DNA from: Gemmatimonadota bacterium
GTDB taxonomy: Bacteria; Gemmatimonadota; Gemmatimonadetes; Longimicrobiales; Gaopeijiaceae
Assembly: GCA_039589315.1 (NCBI GenBank)
Contig: JBDHHQ010000013.1
Span: 96,001 to 160,000, forward strand
Reading direction: 5' to 3'
DNA length: 64,000 nucleotides
The position numbers and the translations under genes were made by a program. Positions 19,115 through 28,358 of the stretch are shown here, in pieces; the stretch's first letter is position 1; the number at the start of each line of letters is the position of its first letter. Below the pieces are notes generated by a model. That model was not told where the DNA came from, ran no database searches, and saw only the letters and a program-made list of their open reading frames with translations.

Positions 19115-19795
19115 ATGTCCAACTCGCCGAGCCTGTCGCGATCCGTCGAGGATTACCTGAAGGTCATCTACTTGCTGTCGGAGCGCGGCGGGCCGGCGTC
19201 GACGAGCGACATCGCGGATACCCTCGCCGTGCAGCCCGCCTCCGTCAGCGGCATGATCAAGCGCCTGGCCGAGTCGGGGTATCTGGAGCACGCGCCCTAC
19301 CGAGGCGTTCGCCTGACGGACGAGGGAGTACGAGAGGCTCTTCGAATCGTACGCCGGCACAGGGTGATCGAAACGTTTCTTCATCTGCGCCTGGGGTACT
19401 CGTGGGAGGAGGTCCATTCCGAAGCAGAGGCCCTGGAGCACGCGGCCTCCGACGAGTTGGTGGATCGCATGGCGGCCGCCCTGGAGAACCCCAGCCACGA
19501 CCCGCACGGCGCGCCGATTCCCACCCGGGCCGGCGAGATCGAAGCCGTGACCCAGACGACTCTGGCTGAATCTGCTGCTGGGTCCGAGCTCCGTATCCAG
19601 GCGGTGCACGACGAGGATCCGGAGCGTCTCCGCTACATGGAGGCCCGAGGCCTGCTTCCCGGGGTGCGTCTCACTGTCGAAGAGCGACAGCCTTTCGATG
19701 GTCCCGTCACCGTGCAGGTGGGGGGGCCGTCCGGCACGTCCCAGGTTCTGGGGCACCAGCTCGCCCAGCGGATCTACGTGGTGGACGCACGCTGA
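19115..19795 (+). CDS. DtxR/MntR family metal-dependent transcriptional regulator with C-terminal FeoA-like domain
   Basis: 'SVEDYLKVIY', HTH 'SDIA..LAVQPASVSGM', 'RRHRVIETFL', 'HSEAEALEHA', 'DPHGAPIP'. Confidence 0.93.
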   Translation: MSNSPSLSRSVEDYLKVIYLLSERGGPASTSDIADTLAVQPASVSGMIKRLAESGYLEHAPYRGVRLTDEGVREALRIVRRHRVIETFLHLRLGYSWEEVHSEAEALEHAASDELVDRMAAALENPSHDPHGAPIPTRAGEIEAVTQTTLAESAAGSELRIQAVHDEDPERLRYMEARGLLPGVRLTVEERQPFDGPVTVQVGGPSGTSQVLGHQLAQRIYVVDAR

Positions 19796-19870
19796 CCGTT
19801 CCGGCCTCGGCGGCTGGTGCGGCATCCACTGTGGCGGCGGCAGGCCGTGAGCCCGACCGCCCGCACCAAC

Positions 19871-20965
19871 TCAGGTCGGCGTGATCACGGCCTTCGTTAC
19901 TCGCAGGGACTCCACGTCGGCAAGGGCCTCGTTCGACTGGTCCAAGGCGTAGCGTCGGCCGATGACGCGGGCGAAGGGCAGCCGGCTGCGGTGCTTCCCG
20001 AGGAGGCCCAGCGCCCGCACCAGATGGTGGAGCTCCGTACCCCACTGGCCCCGGAGATCCAGGTGCTTGCGGTTCAGGTGAAGGTGGGGATTCACCGGTA
20101 CCGCGCCGGCGTCGGTGTAGTGGCCGGCGACCACGTAGGTGCCTCCGTCACGGATCAGTGAGAACGCCTCCGGCAGCGCGGCGGGGTTCCCCGACGCCTC
20201 GATGGCCACGTCGACGCCCCGGCCGTCCGTAAGCGTCAGGACGGTGTCGCGGCGCTCCTCCGGCGTCACGCCTTCGAGGTCGAGCGCCGCGTCCACGCCC
20301 AGGTCCCCGCCCAGCGCCAACCGCGCCGCCGGCGCCCCGATCATGATCACGAGCCCGGCGCCGCGGAGCGCGGCGAACGCGGCCGCGGACAGGCCCACCG
20401 GTCCGGCCCCCTGGACGAGGACGGTGTCCCCCATGGCCAGCTCGCTCCGTTCGACCGCGGCGAAGCCGGTGAACAGCCCGCACCCTCCGCCGATCACGTC
20501 GTCGGCCGTGAGTCCGTCCACGAGCTTCAGGATGTGCACGCCCGGCTTGAGGTAGATGGCTTCGGCCCAACCGCCCAGCGGTCCGTCCGCAGCCGAGTAG
20601 GTGATGCCGTAGACCTTCCGGAACGGGCATCGGTTCGGCTGACGGGCGACGGTGCAGTGGTAGCATTGATGGCAGACCTCGTGCACATCCAGGAAGGTCA
20701 CGACGTCACCGGTCTCCAGGGGCCGTCCGAGCGCATCGTGGGTCACGTCGCGGGCGGCCGCCACCCGACCCACGCTTACGTGGCCGGGCACGATGGGGTA
20801 CGGCACGCCCGCCAGTCGCCCGTGGTGCAGGTGCACGTCCGTGCCGCACACCTCGCTCGCGACCGTCTCCAGGAGAACGCCGCCCGGCTCCAGCTCCGGT
20901 TCCGGCAGGTCCCAGAGCTCCAGGGGCGCGCCCGGCGCCGTCATCACAGCGGCTCGGATGGTCAT
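19871..20965 (-). CDS. Zinc-binding alcohol dehydrogenase (MDR family)
   Basis: 'VCGTDVH', structural Zn site 'CHQCYHC........C', Rossmann 'GAGPVG'. Confidence 0.9.
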   Translation of the reverse strand: MTIRAAVMTAPGAPLELWDLPEPELEPGGVLLETVASEVCGTDVHLHHGRLAGVPYPIVPGHVSVGRVAAARDVTHDALGRPLETGDVVTFLDVHEVCHQCYHCTVARQPNRCPFRKVYGITYSAADGPLGGWAEAIYLKPGVHILKLVDGLTADDVIGGGCGLFTGFAAVERSELAMGDTVLVQGAGPVGLSAAAFAALRGAGLVIMIGAPAARLALGGDLGVDAALDLEGVTPEERRDTVLTLTDGRGVDVAIEASGNPAALPEAFSLIRDGGTYVVAGHYTDAGAVPVNPHLHLNRKHLDLRGQWGTELHHLVRALGLLGKHRSRLPFARVIGRRYALDQSNEALADVESLRVTKAVITPT

Positions 20966-21087
20966 GGCGGGATTCTACGAGACCCCCGACGTCGACGCAC
21001 GCCGCGGGCGGGTCGCGCCTCCAACCCGGCCCAGGGGGTTGAGGGCCGTACCGCCAGCGGTGTCACCACCTCGAGCGGACCGACCCG

Positions 21088-22068
21088 CTATCCGCTGCAG
21101 GGAGGAGCCGAGACCCCCGGACGCGTGTCCATGCGGATCGTGCGGCGCACGAGGGAGCCCAGCACGCCGGTGCCGTCGCCCTGCAGGCTCTGGATGCGAA
21201 CCTGACCCGAGGGGTTGAAGTCGCCGCCTCGGACCCAGTTCACGAAGTTGCGGTCCACGGCCCCGACCACGACGGCCGCCGAGATCCCCTCCGGCAGACC
21301 CTGCTGGAGGAGCAGAGCCAGATCCCGATCCAGGTCGAAGCGCTCGAACACGCCGAACTCGGTGGGGAACACGATCGTGGTGTCGGACGCCGAAATGGAG
21401 AGGCCCACGAGGTCCAAGGGATCCTCCTCGACCACGATCCCCTCGGGCTCCAGGACGTCCCTCAGGCCGCTGATGACCGTCTCGGAAACATACGCCCAGG
21501 TGCCGGCGGAAGCGGTCCACTGGATCTCCAACGTCTGGCCGGCCCCCAACGTGCATACCGAGTTGCTGGGCGAGACGATGTCGAACCCCTCGGGCACCAC
21601 GGTCTCTCCCCAGAGCTGCCCTCCGTCTGGAAGGTCGATCACGACCCGGATCGAGTCGCCGTCCGAGACCAGGAGCTCGTCCAGGGGAGACGCCGCATAG
21701 CAGGTGCCCGGCACCCGGTCCGCCGGATCCTCCGTCGGGACGAGGCACTGGTCCACGTCCGTCTCCAGGAGGTCCATGGCCGCGATGCCGGGTCCGACGA
21801 GCAGCTGGACGCCGGCGCCCGGCACCTCGGCACCGCCTCCGCGGTTGCCGTCCTCGGTGCGGTGCAGGAAGGCGGTGATGCGGTTGGCGCCCTGGCCGAT
21901 CTGCACGAACACCTCGGCCACCACCAGGTCCTGGGATTCGGCCAGCGTGATCTCCTGCAGCTCGCACCCCACCGAGCCCAGGGACAGAGCCAGGCCGGCG
22001 ACCGCGGTCACCAGACCACCCGAGCCGACCTCACCGGAACGCCAGGCGCGTGATCCGTGCCTGCTCAT
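21088..22068 (-). CDS. DUF4249-like lipoprotein partnered with the TonB-dependent receptor
   Basis: Lipobox 'SVGC'; C-terminal 'SLQGDGTGVLGS'; start overlaps the receptor stop. Confidence 0.65.
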   Translation of the reverse strand: MSRHGSRAWRSGEVGSGGLVTAVAGLALSLGSVGCELQEITLAESQDLVVAEVFVQIGQGANRITAFLHRTEDGNRGGGAEVPGAGVQLLVGPGIAAMDLLETDVDQCLVPTEDPADRVPGTCYAASPLDELLVSDGDSIRVVIDLPDGGQLWGETVVPEGFDIVSPSNSVCTLGAGQTLEIQWTASAGTWAYVSETVISGLRDVLEPEGIVVEEDPLDLVGLSISASDTTIVFPTEFGVFERFDLDRDLALLLQQGLPEGISAAVVVGAVDRNFVNWVRGGDFNPSGQVRIQSLQGDGTGVLGSLVRRTIRMDTRPGVSAPPCSG

Positions 22069-24392
22069 CAGAAGGAGATCTCCACCCCGATGGTCGGGAA
22101 GAAGGGGAAGTTGGACACGCCGGCCCGGGTCGGCGGGACTTCTTCGTACTGGAAGAAGTAGAAGAGAACGTTCCGCCGGTCGTACAGGTTGAGAATGTCC
22201 AGGTACGGGGTGATCACGCCCCACGAGGGCGTGAACGTCTTCCGAAACGAGATATCCAGCCGGTGATAGGTCGGGTACCGCTCCCCGTTCCTGGGGCCCA
22301 GCACGATGGCTCGATCCCCTGCGGCGGCCTCCGGCGTCAGACGCCCTCCGGACGTGAGGCGCGGCGACAGGTAGCTGTAGCTCCCCACCGGGCGGGTGAA
22401 GGGAACCCCCGTGCCGAGATTCCACCGTATCCCTGCGTTCACGCCCCATGGCATGTCGGTCTTGAGCACGATGTCCACGTCCAGACGCCGGTCGAAGATC
22501 GGGGGATAGGCCACGTCCGGGGGAGCGGCCAGACCCGAGCGGAAGTCGGGAAAGGTCCGCTCCGCCTTCAGCCAGGACGCCGCGATCCAGCCCGTTATGC
22601 CCCCAACCTCCCTGCGGAGCATGGCGTCGATGCCGTACGAGAAACCCTGGCCCTCCAGGAAGTCGTCGGCATTCGTGTTCGGATCATCGGCGAAGTTCGT
22701 GGTGATGACCCCGTCGAAGCTGCGGTAGTAGCCCTCCAGGCTCGCGAACCAGCCGCTCCGGGGATAGAGCTCGATGCCGACCTGGACCTGGTTCGATACC
22801 ACCGGAGGTGCCCGCTCGCCCGCCAGCACCCATACGTCCAAGCCGAGTGGCAACTCCTCGTTCCGGACCGAGTGGAGGAACTGTGCGTAGCGACCGACAG
22901 CGAGCTTCACCGCCGCGTCGCCGCCGGCCAGAAAGTGCTTGAGCCCGATGCGCGGCTCCGCGACGACGGTGGCCTCCCCGGGCGAGGGGAGCCATCCGTC
23001 GCCCCGTAGGCCCAGCTCCAGGAGCCAACGTCGGTTGGGGCGCAGGTCACCCTGTATGTAGGTCCCGATGCGCACCCCGCTCCCGAGCCCCTGCACGAAC
23101 TCGGTCCCGCCCGACATGGCGAGGTTGTCGTAGCCCGTGCTCTCCACGTCGGCCCCGGTGCGGACCGTCCACCTGGGACCCGGTCGCGTCTCGATCCCGA
23201 CGGAGGCCGAGAGCTGGTCGATCTGGCTCCGGAACAGGGCGTCGGAGAAATCCGGGAAGCTGAGCTCGGTATCGAACCGGGAGAAGCCCGCCCGAACTTC
23301 GAGCATCGTGGCCGGGCCCAGGGGCCGATTCCAACGCCCGCCCAGGGCGTCGTTCCCCCAGCGCCAGAATACGCGGAGCGGAAAGTCCTCCTCGTCCAGC
23401 GTGGTCAGGTTGAGGACGTCGTCACCGGTGTAGCCCGTGAACGACCAGCGGTGTCCGCCCTCGGTCCACCCCTCGAAGACGCCCTGCAGGTCGGTGAGGT
23501 GGTAGGGCATCTCGAACAAGGGCTTCAGGACCACGTCGAAGTACGAGCGTCGGCCGCTCAGACGCCATCGACCCGCCGACAGCCCGAGGCCGTTCAGCAA
23601 TCCCCGGGGCAGTCCTCCACTCACGGCCGCCCTGGCCGCGATGGCGCTGATGCCGGCATCGACCCCGAAATGACCGTCTCCCGGGTCCGTGTCCACCTTC
23701 AAGACCGAGGAGACCCTCCCGCCGTATTGGGCCGGGAAGCCCCCGGACTGGAGCTCCGTACGGGCCACCATGTCGGCGTTGAACACCGAGAAGAGGCCGC
23801 CCAGGTGGAAGGGGTTGTAGATGGTGACGCCGTCCAGGAGGATGAGGTTCTGGTCGGCCGAGCCGCCCCGCACGTTGAAGGCCGATTGGAAGTCCGACGT
23901 CGAGATGACGCCGGGGAGCACCTCGACGGCCCGGATCGGGTCCGACTCCGCCAATCCCGGAATGAGCTTCAGCTCGCCCGGGTCGATCTCGATGGAAGTC
24001 AGGCCGGCGGTCTCCTCGAACCGTGCCCGGCTCCGGCTCTGCTCGGCCTCTACCGCCACGCCCTCGATGGCCAGGGCCGCCCTGTCGAGGACGAAGTCCA
24101 GCTCGAGGACCTGGCCCGCCGTCAGCGTGACGGTGCGGATCTCCTCCGTGAAGCCCAGGGCCAGCGCGCGTACGTCGAAGGTCCCGGCCGGCAGCCCGCG
24201 CACTACGTACGTGCCCAGCTCGCCGGTCTCGGCGTATCGGAGGGGTACCTCGCCGCCAGCGGTGAGCACCTGCACCACGCCCGCCGCCACGGCCGCGCCC
24301 TCGTCGTCCCGGACTCTCCCTCGCACCTCGCCGTCCTGGCCGGTGACCACCGCGGGGCTCAGCCATGCGAGGATCAGCGCCAGACCGGCCAC
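22068..24392 (-). CDS. TonB-dependent receptor with N-terminal carboxypeptidase-regulatory-like domain
   Basis: Plug 'LPGV....D.....NVRGGSADQNLILLDG..IYNPFHLGGLFSVFN', 'GGFPAQYGGRVSSVL', terminal Phe; start approximate. Confidence 0.9.
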   Translation of the reverse strand: MAGLALILAWLSPAVVTGQDGEVRGRVRDDEGAAVAAGVVQVLTAGGEVPLRYAETGELGTYVVRGLPAGTFDVRALALGFTEEIRTVTLTAGQVLELDFVLDRAALAIEGVAVEAEQSRSRARFEETAGLTSIEIDPGELKLIPGLAESDPIRAVEVLPGVISTSDFQSAFNVRGGSADQNLILLDGVTIYNPFHLGGLFSVFNADMVARTELQSGGFPAQYGGRVSSVLKVDTDPGDGHFGVDAGISAIAARAAVSGGLPRGLLNGLGLSAGRWRLSGRRSYFDVVLKPLFEMPYHLTDLQGVFEGWTEGGHRWSFTGYTGDDVLNLTTLDEEDFPLRVFWRWGNDALGGRWNRPLGPATMLEVRAGFSRFDTELSFPDFSDALFRSQIDQLSASVGIETRPGPRWTVRTGADVESTGYDNLAMSGGTEFVQGLGSGVRIGTYIQGDLRPNRRWLLELGLRGDGWLPSPGEATVVAEPRIGLKHFLAGGDAAVKLAVGRYAQFLHSVRNEELPLGLDVWVLAGERAPPVVSNQVQVGIELYPRSGWFASLEGYYRSFDGVITTNFADDPNTNADDFLEGQGFSYGIDAMLRREVGGITGWIAASWLKAERTFPDFRSGLAAPPDVAYPPIFDRRLDVDIVLKTDMPWGVNAGIRWNLGTGVPFTRPVGSYSYLSPRLTSGGRLTPEAAAGDRAIVLGPRNGERYPTYHRLDISFRKTFTPSWGVITPYLDILNLYDRRNVLFYFFQYEEVPPTRAGVSNFPFFPTIGVEISF

Positions 24393-24452
24393 TCGCCCCC
24401 GGCGCGCGTCCCGCTTAGAGTGGGTTCGGCCACTCGCCGAAAACGTACGCCG

Positions 24453-25376
24453 ATGAAGATCTTCTACTGCGACCACTTCGTGCTTCCCCTCCCGGAGGAC
24501 CACCGGTTCCCCGTGGAGAAGTACGCCCGACTTCGGGTGCGGGTCATGCAGGGCAACCTCGTGGAGCGGGACGACCTGATCGTGCCGCAGCCCATCTCGG
24601 ACTGGGTGTTGGGGCGTGTGCACACGAGGGAGTACATCGAGAAGGTGAGGGACGGCACCCTTTCGAAGGACGAGATTCGACGGATCGGCTTCCCGTGGAG
24701 TCCGGCATTGGTGGAGCGCTCGCGGCGCTCGGTGGGCGGCACTCTGGCGGCGGCGTTCGCGGCCCTGGAGGACGGTTGGGCCGCCAACTTGGCGGGGGGC
24801 ACGCACCACGCCTTCCCCGACCGGGGTGAGGGGTTCTGCGTGTTCAACGACGTCGCGGTCGCCGCCCGGGAGATCCAGGCCGAGGGCCGGGCCCGCAACG
24901 TCTCGGTCTTCGATCTCGACGTCCATCAGGGCAACGGCACCGCGGCCATCTTCGCCAACGATCCCACGGTCTTCACGCTGTCCGTGCACGGCTCCGACAA
25001 CTTCCCGTTCAAGAAGGAAACGAGCGATCTCGACATCGAGCTCCCGGACGGCACGGGTGACGCCGACTACCTCGAAGCCGTTGAGCGAGGACTGGAGGCC
25101 GCGCTGCGCAGCCATCCCGATCTCGCCTTCTATGTCGCGGGGGCGGACCCGTACGAGGGCGACCGGCTTGGCCGCCTGGCCGTCAGCTTGGAGGGCCTCG
25201 CCCGACGAGACGAGCTCGTGTTCGACACCTGCAGGAAGGCTCGGGTTCCGGTGGCCATCGTCATGTCGGGTGGATACGCTCGGAACGTGAAGGACACCGT
25301 GGAGATCCACTACAACACAGTTCGCTCGGCGGCCCTTCGCTGCGCCGCCGCACATCCCGAATCCACGATAACGTGA
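24453..25376 (+). CDS. Histone deacetylase family Zn hydrolase
   Basis: 'HRFP..KY', 'GGTHHA', 'GFCVFND', 'DLDVHQGNGT', 'AGADP', 'GGY'. Confidence 0.93.
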   Translation: MKIFYCDHFVLPLPEDHRFPVEKYARLRVRVMQGNLVERDDLIVPQPISDWVLGRVHTREYIEKVRDGTLSKDEIRRIGFPWSPALVERSRRSVGGTLAAAFAALEDGWAANLAGGTHHAFPDRGEGFCVFNDVAVAAREIQAEGRARNVSVFDLDVHQGNGTAAIFANDPTVFTLSVHGSDNFPFKKETSDLDIELPDGTGDADYLEAVERGLEAALRSHPDLAFYVAGADPYEGDRLGRLAVSLEGLARRDELVFDTCRKARVPVAIVMSGGYARNVKDTVEIHYNTVRSAALRCAAAHPESTIT

Positions 25377-26374
25377 CATCGACCACCGCCTTGCGCGCCC
25401 TGGAGCGCGCGCCCCGGACGCACCTCGCTCACACCCCCACCCCCCTCGCGGCCGCTCCCAACCTCGCGGCGACGCTCGGGCTCTCTGCCGATCGGGTCTG
25501 GCTGAAGCTCGACGACTACACCGGCTTCGCGTTGGGAGGCAACAAGGTCCGGAAGCTGGAGACCGAGCTGTCGCCCAAGCGCCTGGAGGGCGTCGACACG
25601 CTCATCACCTGCGGGGGCCCCCAATCCAACCATGCGAGGGTCGCCGCGGCCGCCGCTGCTCACCTCGGCCTCCGCTGCGTCCTGGTGGTCAACGGCACCA
25701 CTCCGGAGCCGCCAACCGGAAACGCTCGGCTTCACCGGCTTCTGACTCCCGAGATCGTGCCGGTGGAGCGGAGAGAGGACCGGGATGCCGCCATGGAACG
25801 TGCTCGAGCCCAGGTGGAGGCACGAGGCGGGAGGGCGCTGGTCGTCCCGATCGGGGCGTCCACGGGCCGGGGCGCACTGGGATACGCCCTGGCCATGGCG
25901 GAGTTGGACGGTCAGCTGGAGGGGAGGGCGGCCTGGGATCCGGCCGCGTCGTGGGTCTTCGTGGCCACATCGTCCGGCGGAACGCTGGCCGGGATGCTCC
26001 TGGGCGTGTCCATACTCGGTTGGCACGGACTCCGCCTCGTGGGCGTCAGCGCCGACGACCCGGCGGAGGAGGTGAAGGAGAAGGTCGTTCTGCACGCAAC
26101 CGAAGGCGCCCGGCTCGTCGGCTTCGAGGGCCCTTTGCTGTCCGATCAGGTCCTGGTGACCGACGCCTTCGTCGGAGAGGGGTACGGGATTCCGACGGCG
26201 GCCTCGGAGGCGGCCACGATGCTCTTGGCCCGATCCGAAGGCGTAATCCTGGACCCCACCTACACGGCCAAGGCCGCCGCGGCGATGGTGGAGTGGGCCC
26301 GGGGTGACGAGATGCGCAGCGACGATCGGGTCATCTTCTGGCACACGGGAGGGCATCCGGCCCTGCTGGCCTGA
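25373..26374 (+). CDS. D-cysteine desulfhydrase / ACC deaminase family PLP enzyme
   Basis: 'GGNKVRKLE', 'QSNHAR', 'SSGGT.AG', 'LDPTYTAKA', 'FWHTGG'. Confidence 0.9.
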   Translation: MTSTTALRALERAPRTHLAHTPTPLAAAPNLAATLGLSADRVWLKLDDYTGFALGGNKVRKLETELSPKRLEGVDTLITCGGPQSNHARVAAAAAAHLGLRCVLVVNGTTPEPPTGNARLHRLLTPEIVPVERREDRDAAMERARAQVEARGGRALVVPIGASTGRGALGYALAMAELDGQLEGRAAWDPAASWVFVATSSGGTLAGMLLGVSILGWHGLRLVGVSADDPAEEVKEKVVLHATEGARLVGFEGPLLSDQVLVTDAFVGEGYGIPTAASEAATMLLARSEGVILDPTYTAKAAAAMVEWARGDEMRSDDRVIFWHTGGHPALLA

Positions 26375-26533
26375 TCTCCGCCGCGTCGGCCGGCGCGGCC
26401 GAATCCCGGCAGCGGGCTGGGACCGCCCCGGACCACAGGTCCGTCCTGCCCCCCGAGCGGCCGTGGCCGCTGTCTCGCGAGGCCCACGCCGACCCAGCGC
26501 CGAGCAGCGCACCAGTGTGGTGCTGCAGAAGTC

Positions 26534-26655
26534 TGGTAGCTACCGAGGGGGCCGATGCGCCCGAGCCGGCAAGGCGCGGAGACGAGTAATAGCAGCGCTA
26601 TTGCGAGGAACCGCAACGCCGCCGGGCGGGATGCAGCGGCTCTCGAATAGCACTA
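26534..26655. repeat. About 120-bp imperfect palindromic (REP/MITE-like) element ending at the ilvA stop codon
   Basis: Central AATAGC-AGC-GCTATT, flanking GCAAGGCGC and GCAACGCCGC, degenerate inverted ends; single copy in the window. Confidence 0.45.
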
Positions 26656-27864
26656 AGTGTCCACCGCCACCGAATAGCCCATCTCGTCCAGCACGCCGAT
26701 CACCTCGCCTACATGCTCCTGGCTACGGGTCTCCAGATGCATCAGGATCTCCACGTCCCCCACGGTGATGTCCGCGAACGACCGCCGGTGCGAGACCTCC
26801 AGCACGTTGGCGCCCGTGCCGGCCACGGCCCCCGTGAGGCGAGCGAGGAACCCGGGGCGATCCCGCCCCGTCACCAGGAGCCGGGCAGCCCGGCCATCCA
26901 TCACCAGGCCTCGGTCGATGATCCGGGAGACCATGTTGATGTCGATGTTGCCTCCCGCGAGAACCGCCACCACCCGCTCGCCCCGCGTGACGGGCAGCAC
27001 CCCGCTCAGCAGCGCGGCCAGGGGAACGGCGCCGGCTCCCTCCACCACAGTCTTCTGGCGCTCCAGCAGGAGCAGCACCGCGGACGCGATCTCGTTCTCG
27101 GAAACCTCGACGATCTCGTCGACGTAGGCTTCGATCAGGGGAAAGGTCACGTCGCCGACGCGTTTGACGGCGATCCCGTCGGCAATGGTCTCGCTGCTCT
27201 CGATCGTCACCGGCCGGCCCTGCTCGCGCGAGACGCGAGCTGACGGAGCAGCGGCGGCCTCAACGCCGTAGACCCGGACTTGGGGCCGCCGGCTCTTCAC
27301 GGCCAGCGCCGTTCCCGAGATCAGCCCACCCCCGCCGATGGGGACCACTACGGCGTCGAGATCGGGCACCTGCTCCAGGAGCTCCAGTCCCAGGGTCCCC
27401 TGCCCTGCCACGACGGCAGGGTCGTCGTAGGGGTGCACGAGCACCAGTCCTTCGTCGTGCTCGAGTGCGTGGGCGGTCTCCAGCGAGTCGGTCAAGGTGG
27501 CCCCTACCTGCAGGACCCGGGCGCCGTGACGGCCGGTGTTCATCACCTTGATGGTCGGCGTGGCCTCCGGCATGACCACCGTGACGGGAATGCCCAACCG
27601 TGTCGCGTGATAGGCCAGGGCCTGCGCATGATTGCCGGCGCTGGCTGCGACGACCCCCCGGGCTCGCTCCGCCTGGGACAACCGGGAGAGGCGATTCAGC
27701 GCGCCTCGGTCCTTGAAGGACCCGGTTCGCTGGTGGTTCTCGTACTTGAAGAACACCTGGCAATCCACGAGGTCGTCGAGGACGAGCGAGCGCTTGCAGG
27801 GGGTCATGACGATTTGGTCGCCGATCTGACCCCTGGCGTCCTCCACGTCGCGAATAGTGGGCAT
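26653..27864 (-). CDS. ilvA: Threonine ammonia-lyase with C-terminal ACT domain
   Basis: 'KYENHQRTGSFKDRGA', 'ASAGNHAQ', 'PIGGGGLISG', 'EGAGA', ACT 'DRPGFLA'. Confidence 0.9.
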   Translation of the reverse strand: MPTIRDVEDARGQIGDQIVMTPCKRSLVLDDLVDCQVFFKYENHQRTGSFKDRGALNRLSRLSQAERARGVVAASAGNHAQALAYHATRLGIPVTVVMPEATPTIKVMNTGRHGARVLQVGATLTDSLETAHALEHDEGLVLVHPYDDPAVVAGQGTLGLELLEQVPDLDAVVVPIGGGGLISGTALAVKSRRPQVRVYGVEAAAAPSARVSREQGRPVTIESSETIADGIAVKRVGDVTFPLIEAYVDEIVEVSENEIASAVLLLLERQKTVVEGAGAVPLAALLSGVLPVTRGERVVAVLAGGNIDINMVSRIIDRGLVMDGRAARLLVTGRDRPGFLARLTGAVAGTGANVLEVSHRRSFADITVGDVEILMHLETRSQEHVGEVIGVLDEMGYSVAVDT

Positions 27865-27886
27865 GGTCCTGTGGACAGGTGTCCGC

Positions 27887-28294
27887 TCAGCGCCTTCGGT
27901 ATATGCCGATCTTGAGCGGCGGATCGATCCACCACTTGAAGTGAAGCCGGTTCTCTCCCTTCACGACCACCGATGCCTTCTTCTCGTGGGTCCGGGGCTG
28001 GTCCACCCCGCGCTGATTCTCGATGAGGATCACCTCCGCCTCGTCGAGCTGGCCATCCGCAGCCAGAAGCTGCCCCTCGAGCTTGTCGAGGAGCTCCCGC
28101 TCCACCTCGATCTGAACGTCCCCTTCGGCCCGGGCGGTGAGCTCCTGGCCGCCCGAGCGCTCGTACGCCGCTTCGAAATCCTCGGTGGAAATGGAAAGCT
28201 GGCTGTTTCGTCGAAAGCCTATGCTGTCGAGGGCAACGGCGTTGAAGGCGATGTCCACCGCCTCGATCTTGTTGCCGTACGTCCGTAGGATCAT
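27887..28294 (-). CDS. Hypothetical protein, 135 aa
   Basis: Typical codon usage and globular composition; lies between the helicase and ilvA in the same direction. Confidence 0.7.
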   Translation of the reverse strand: MILRTYGNKIEAVDIAFNAVALDSIGFRRNSQLSISTEDFEAAYERSGGQELTARAEGDVQIEVERELLDKLEGQLLAADGQLDEAEVILIENQRGVDQPRTHEKKASVVVKGENRLHFKWWIDPPLKIGIYRRR

Positions 28295-28358
28295 GGGTCC
28301 CGGGGATGGTTGAACGTGAGAGGATAGCCGGCCCGCCGGATCGAGCGAGGGCCGTGGA

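Noticed and set aside
24393..25379. N-terminal extension making the TonB receptor 1103 aa, and the reciprocal extension of the deacetylase ORF from 23451
   Set aside because: Each extension is the antisense of the other gene; the signal peptide and family N-terminus give starts near 24392 and 24453.
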